Source of the DNA: Candidatus Thorarchaeota archaeon
GTDB taxonomy: Archaea > Asgardarchaeota > Thorarchaeia > Thorarchaeales > Thorarchaeaceae
DNA: 10,927 bases
NCBI GenBank assembly: GCA_048882385.1
Contig: JBHLRQ010000100.1
Span: 1 to 10,927 of the forward strand
Direction: 5' to 3'
Positions 6,537 to 10,927 of the stretch are shown here, in pieces. Made by a program: the position numbers and the translations under genes. Numbering within the stretch: the stretch's first letter is position 1; every line of letters starts with the position of its first letter. A model generated the notes under the pieces. The model had not been told where the DNA came from. It searched no databases and saw only the letters and a list, made by a program, of their open reading frames with translations.

Positions 6537-7532
6537 TCAACCTTCTTTTGCTAGACTTGGCGGCAAATGCAAAGCAAACTCACAAACCACGTCGCCATTA
6601 ATGACCGATTTTAGAACTTCAACTCTGACTGGCTGACCAAGCACTGCCTCCCAGAAGTTCTTGAAGTAACCAGCACTACACCCACAAAAGACAGGATTGA
6701 TAGGTTGATCTTCTTCTTTCAGAGCTTCTCGAATCCAAGGATTGTGACAGAAACAATAGCGTTTCATCTTGTCATCTGTTGTATGAATGAATTGCTTTGC
6801 CAAATATGGAATCTTTGTGATTATTACACGATTCCCATCACGAATCCCAGCCTCAATCGTTGGGCGAGATCTAACGTAAGAAATGACGTCCTCGTCGATT
6901 TCTTGTATGAAGAATAGAGTATCTTCCTCAAAATGATTCTGTAGTGTTGCAACAAGATTTTCATGACGCAGCTTCAAAAACTCATCAATACTATTGGTTT
7001 CAGAGAACAGTTGAGATGGCGCTACATAGGATTGAGTGTACCTGTTTCTTAATCCAACTTCGAAGAATGTTTTTGCCGTTTCTTCACCAAACTTTGTTAG
7101 GAACCGCTCAACTAGCTTCTTTGTAATCTCAGGTTTGGACTCAGGACGTATTCCTAGTGGGGGAATTCCGATGCCCTCGAATATATCATCCCTCACCTGC
7201 TGATCGAATTCTTCATTCAGGCGATTATAGAAGTTCTCAATCATCTCTCTACCATCAATTATCTCGAGTGTGGCAATAATCAGTTCTTTATTATTCTGGA
7301 AAATGCCAAATCTATACAAAGAGATATAGTTCTCAATCGTGTTCGTAGTGTCTGCTATAAGTGTGTCAGAGAAATCATACAGGTCATTGTAAGAAGCAGT
7401 TTCAATTTTCTTTCCAGATTTCAACAGGAAATCTCTGAATCTTCTGACAATGCTGATAGACTCTTTAATCTGGTCCTTGTTCAACTTTTGACCTTTAAGA
7501 TATTCACCGAAACTGTTCAAATTTGGTTTCAT
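6537..7532 (-). CDS. Hypothetical protein (331 aa) with C-terminal Cys-motif domain, DUF6144/V4R-like
   Basis: The C-terminus YCFCHNPW...FCGCSAGYFKNFWEAVLGQPVRVEVLKSVINGDVVCEFALHL resembles V4R-like/DUF6144 proteins (recognised from memory, not searched). The likely start is ATG 7532 (MKPNLNSFGEYLK); the upstream extension to 7691 looks non-coding. Confidence 0.75.
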   Translation of the reverse strand: MKPNLNSFGEYLKGQKLNKDQIKESISIVRRFRDFLLKSGKKIETASYNDLYDFSDTLIADTTNTIENYISLYRFGIFQNNKELIIATLEIIDGREMIENFYNRLNEEFDQQVRDDIFEGIGIPPLGIRPESKPEITKKLVERFLTKFGEETAKTFFEVGLRNRYTQSYVAPSQLFSETNSIDEFLKLRHENLVATLQNHFEEDTLFFIQEIDEDVISYVRSRPTIEAGIRDGNRVIITKIPYLAKQFIHTTDDKMKRYCFCHNPWIREALKEEDQPINPVFCGCSAGYFKNFWEAVLGQPVRVEVLKSVINGDVVCEFALHLPPSLAKEG

Positions 7533-7689
7533 ATTACAGCAACAAGGCGATTTTCTAATATCAAGGCCTAACAACGCAAGATTAGAGAGAGAAAACCTAC
7601 ATGCCAAGTTTCGCTTTAGAACAGGGTACCAAACCCCTATGTCTGTTTTTCGAGCAAGGAGCTGACTGGCGCATTGGTTGTCGAATACC

Positions 7690-7743
7690 AAGTGGACACA
7701 GGAACAGGAGATTTATGCTCGAGCATATGCAAAAGAATCTTGG
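7690..7743 (+). pseudogene. ahcY: Older, shorter relic of the ahcY 3' end (relic 2; corresponds to 2115-2168)
   Basis: KWTQEQEIYARAYAKES(W) versus KWTEEQERYARAYTEGT*: 11/17 identical residues, ungapped. TGG at 7741-7743 sits exactly at the position of the ahcY TAG stop. Confidence 0.8.
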
Positions 7744-7827
7744 TTGGAGAGAGGCGTAGGGAGGAGGAAAAGTCTCCAAGCCTTTTCTTTTCTGGTTTCT
7801 AGTCGATCCTATGAAGTCAATGGATTG

Positions 7828-8862
7828 TCATTCAAAATGATTTCTCGCTACGACGACATCGGAAAGAACTTGTGTGTTCTGATTTCTAATTACGTCGGAT
7901 TCAGCTAGCAAGCCCGAGTTGATCAATATTTCTTCCAGTTTTCGACGAAGAGGGAGCATATTTGCAATAACTCTAGGATAAGATACATAATCCTCGATTG
8001 ATTTGATGAATTTAGCTTCTTTGAGATCCTGAATAACAGCTACCCCTCTACCTGGACGGTCAATGATTAGGCCAACATCAACGATTGGTTCATTGGTGGT
8101 TACACTTGACCACCAAAATTCATCCGGATATTTCTGGTATAACTCTATTATGAGATCCCGACCTTTTATTTGTGATTCATCAAAATGGATTTTCAGACGA
8201 TATTCCATATCTCCCAATGCGAATATATCGTATCCAACAGTAATGTGGATGCCTCCCTCTTCTTCTAACTCGCGTAAGATATTCCGAACTCGTCTTGGGG
8301 TGAAACCAGTATCTCTTGCTATTTGGGAAACTGGCATTCGAGCATCTTGATATAAACACCTCAGCACTCGCAATTGATGCTGAGTAAACGTGACTTTCTT
8401 TCCTCGAGTATTAAGATAAAAGTTCGGAGGTTTGTTTGGAAATAGAAAATCAACAGGCCTAATTTCTACCTCGATGGCTCCATTGAGCTCTTCGAGATTT
8501 TTTTTGAGTCCTAACGTTTCAGAAGCACCTGCAACCATAGCCCAGTACTCATAGCGCATATCACCTGTGCGATAGATTTCACATATTACATGCTGTCTAG
8601 CTACCTGTTTCATGAACTCAATGACTTGCTCAGTGCCATCAGTAGAGATAACACCACATACATGCTCTGCACCGAGCATCTCCATGCTCACAATAATTCC
8701 GAAGCCAGTTATGACTTCTTGTTCACGAAGTCTGTTAATTCGGTTTTTTACAGTATTAGATGACAAATTGAATTTTTGTGCAAGTGTATGGTAGGACTGC
8801 CTCGCATTACCTGTAAATTCGCAAATCAAAGCCCAATCTATTGGATCCAATCTACTCACCAC
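7828..8862 (-). CDS. Tandem (two-HTH) Lrp/AsnC-family transcriptional regulator, ~344 aa
   Basis: N-terminal LDPIDWALICEFTGNARQSYHTLAQKFNLSSNTVKNRINRLREQEVI and a second HTH FTQHQLRVLRCLYQDARMPVSQIARDTGFTPRRVRNILRELEEEGGI. The start is GTG at 8862 or 8859. Confidence 0.9.
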   Translation of the reverse strand: MVSRLDPIDWALICEFTGNARQSYHTLAQKFNLSSNTVKNRINRLREQEVITGFGIIVSMEMLGAEHVCGVISTDGTEQVIEFMKQVARQHVICEIYRTGDMRYEYWAMVAGASETLGLKKNLEELNGAIEVEIRPVDFLFPNKPPNFYLNTRGKKVTFTQHQLRVLRCLYQDARMPVSQIARDTGFTPRRVRNILRELEEEGGIHITVGYDIFALGDMEYRLKIHFDESQIKGRDLIIELYQKYPDEFWWSSVTTNEPIVDVGLIIDRPGRGVAVIQDLKEAKFIKSIEDYVSYPRVIANMLPLRRKLEEILINSGLLAESDVIRNQNTQVLSDVVVARNHFE

Positions 8863-9337
8863 GCTTCTGCTGACTGGGGATACGACTCTTGGTTTTCAAA
8901 TAGGTTCGATTATCCTGTGGACTACCACGTTCCCCACAGCTAATGCAATTATATACAACAGTTTGTTAATAAAACTCGCCTAGCTGTGAATATTTTGCCG
9001 AGGGAGTTGCAAAATGGTGCCACTGAATCGTGTTTTTTGCAATTTCTGACATTAGTTATCTCCCACGCATTCATATTCCAAGCGAAATTAACACACAATA
9101 CATTGGTGTTGATAGGATAACAGACCTCCAGGTCAGTAGTCAAGACTATCAATGTCATATGTCCTGAGATAGATTCACAAAAAGATTGCATAATCACATT
9201 GATGACGCCCTCGTTGGGCAAGATATCTTGAGTTTCCTTATTCTGGTGATTTACATGAGTTCGTCGATACTAGAGGGACTCGATATTTTTCGGGTTCGAG
9301 GTATTTACACTCTCATGAACTGTAGGAGGAGAGATTG

Positions 9338-10927
9338 GTGTACGAAAGAAAAACAGTCCTTTATCTGTCATTGGTTGTTGCACTTGTATTGATTATTGGA
9401 ATAGCTGCGCTAGAAGGTGATCAAGACTGCATTCTTGTGGAGAACCCGAGGATTCAATCAGTTTCAATCTTCGAGGAAGCGCAAGTGGTATCTAGCCCCA
9501 TCTTTATTGATGATGATGCAGACTTTAGGGAACTTGGCTTTCCAGGGTGGGGAACAGAAGAGGAACCATATATTATTGACAATCTAGTCATTGAAACATC
9601 ATTCAGTAACTTGATTCATATTCAGGATACCACAGCTTACTTTGAGATTAGTAACTGCGAACTCGATGGTCTAACTAAAGACCATTATGGGATTCTTCTA
9701 TGGAATGTCAGGAACGCGAAAGTAACTAGCAATGTGGTACAGAATTGCAGGGATGGAATCTATTTGGATACAATTCTAGATAGTTCAGTGAGTGGAAACA
9801 CAATTTCCAATTGTCTAGAGCGGGGCATCTTGTTGCAAGACAGTTCGTCCAATCAGGTTTCTAGTAACCTAGTTACAGGATGTCGAATGGGCTTTCTACT
9901 GTATAATGCTCCGGACAACTCACTATCTGGGAACACCTTTGAACTTCTGACATATGATCCTAGCATTAATCCGTCGATATTTGGGTTCCATTTATCTTGG
10001 TGTACTGATACGCTTTTGTCTGGAAACAGGATTGAAATTTCCATTAGTGTTTCTGTTGGTGTCCATATAGCGGGTTTTTATCTACAATATTGTTCTGATG
10101 CTACCTTAATAGAAAACATCATCGAAATCGATGTGAGCTTGTTTGGCTCTGGTGCTTCTCATGTCTATGGATTCATCATGCTTACATGTGACGAAAGTGA
10201 GTTGACGGAAAATAGCGTTTCGTTGGCGTTCCAAGGCAATGTCTATGGTTATTACCTCGGCATGCATCTTGAGTGGTCGGATGGCAATACAGTATCTAGG
10301 AATGATATTAGCATTTCAGCCAACGATCCTCCAGCTAACTTTGAAGCCTTCTGTATCCGACTCGTTGAGTGTGAGGATAATACTCTATTGGAGAACATTG
10401 TTCTCATTGACGCCACGGGTCATATCCTTTCAGAAATTCATCTACATTGTAGTGATTCCAATTCAGTATATGACAATACAGTCACCGGGGGACAGATTGG
10501 AGTTTCATTACTGAATTGTGAAGACAATATTGTATCAGGCAACATTATGGATGGTTGCTCCGTGAGCGGTATCAATCTTGTTGATTGTACATTTACGACC
10601 ATCTCTGGCAACATTGTAATGCATTGTCAATACGGAGTTCGGCTGATGAATAGTGATCACTCTACACTCTCAGGCAACACAATCTGGGAATGTGATTACG
10701 GAATGTATCTTGATTGGGCATCACATAGTCTCATATTCCACAACAACTTCATTGACAACTTGGTACAGGCGGTTGACCTTCATTCAGAATATGGGAATTG
10801 GTGGTACCATCCCGAACTCTTGGAGGGCAACTACTGGTCTGATTATACTGGTGTCGACGATGGGAGTGGAACTGAGAAACATGCTATCGCTGGTGACCTG
10901 ATAGGAGACACCGAGATACCTTGGCCA
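9338..10927 (+). CDS. Secreted/surface right-handed parallel beta-helix repeat protein (NosD/CASH-like), runs off right edge (>=530 aa)
   Basis: Not in the ORF track; translated by hand from GTG 9338 (or TTG 9335), preceded by AGGAGG at 9324-9329. It has a signal/TM segment (RKTVLYLSLVVALVLIIGIAAL), then PIFIDDDADF...FPGWGTEEEPYII, many GIxL..S..N.(V/I)SGN.I repeats, and the cap motifs IFHNNFIDN and GNYWSDYTG.D...GD.IGDT. Confidence 0.9.
   Translation, partial: MYERKTVLYLSLVVALVLIIGIAALEGDQDCILVENPRIQSVSIFEEAQVVSSPIFIDDDADFRELGFPGWGTEEEPYIIDNLVIETSFSNLIHIQDTTAYFEISNCELDGLTKDHYGILLWNVRNAKVTSNVVQNCRDGIYLDTILDSSVSGNTISNCLERGILLQDSSSNQVSSNLVTGCRMGFLLYNAPDNSLSGNTFELLTYDPSINPSIFGFHLSWCTDTLLSGNRIEISISVSVGVHIAGFYLQYCSDATLIENIIEIDVSLFGSGASHVYGFIMLTCDESELTENSVSLAFQGNVYGYYLGMHLEWSDGNTVSRNDISISANDPPANFEAFCIRLVECEDNTLLENIVLIDATGHILSEIHLHCSDSNSVYDNTVTGGQIGVSLLNCEDNIVSGNIMDGCSVSGINLVDCTFTTISGNIVMHCQYGVRLMNSDHSTLSGNTIWECDYGMYLDWASHSLIFHNNFIDNLVQAVDLHSEYGNWWYHPELLEGNYWSDYTGVDDGSGTEKHAIAGDLIGDTEIPWP

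Noticed and set aside
7533-7691. 53-aa N-terminal extension of the 6537-7691 ORF
   Set aside because: The composition is atypical and it runs into the ahcY relic on the opposite strand. ATG 7532 is the more plausible start.
7678-7908. 76-aa plus-strand ORF as a real gene
   Set aside because: It consists of the ahcY tail relic read through a mutated stop into spacer and the antisense of the Lrp gene.
58-10901. Remaining short ORFs in the track (e.g. 58-306, 1229-1543, 1407-1862, 3516-3833, 5364-5822, 8063-8350, 10239-10514, 10653-10901)
   Set aside because: They are antisense or alternate-frame shadows of well-supported genes, with no recognisable motifs.
1-10927. CRISPR array, tRNA/rRNA, transposase or catalytic integrase
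   Set aside because: No regularly spaced repeats, cloverleaf/rRNA-like segments or DDE/tyrosine/serine recombinase catalytic motifs were found by eye.

Overview
Archaeal-looking region, probably Asgard/Thorarchaeia-like (inferred from gene content, not verified). It starts with a tandem Lrp/AsnC regulator (minus strand, runs off the left edge) divergent from an intact S-adenosylhomocysteine hydrolase gene (ahcY, ~909-2168). Downstream of ahcY lies a mosaic accessory zone. It holds an intact flavin-reductase-like gene, a large ABC-type permease whose ATPase partner is reduced to a 3' stub, a small ORF interrupted by an in-frame TAG, an internal msrA fragment, a 5'-truncated second flavin reductase copy (~91% nt identity by manual count) and a Cys-motif (DUF6144/V4R-like) protein. 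A second tandem Lrp/AsnC regulator divergent from a secreted parallel beta-helix (NosD/CASH-like) protein closes the window. The most striking signal is that the 3' end of ahcY occurs three times in direct orientation: intact at 2168, as a 182-bp relic at 6220-6401 and as a ~54-bp older relic at 7690-7743. This suggests repeated insertion at the ahcY 3' end, with cargo accumulating in tandem. No integrase, transposase, RNA gene or CRISPR array is visible in the window.
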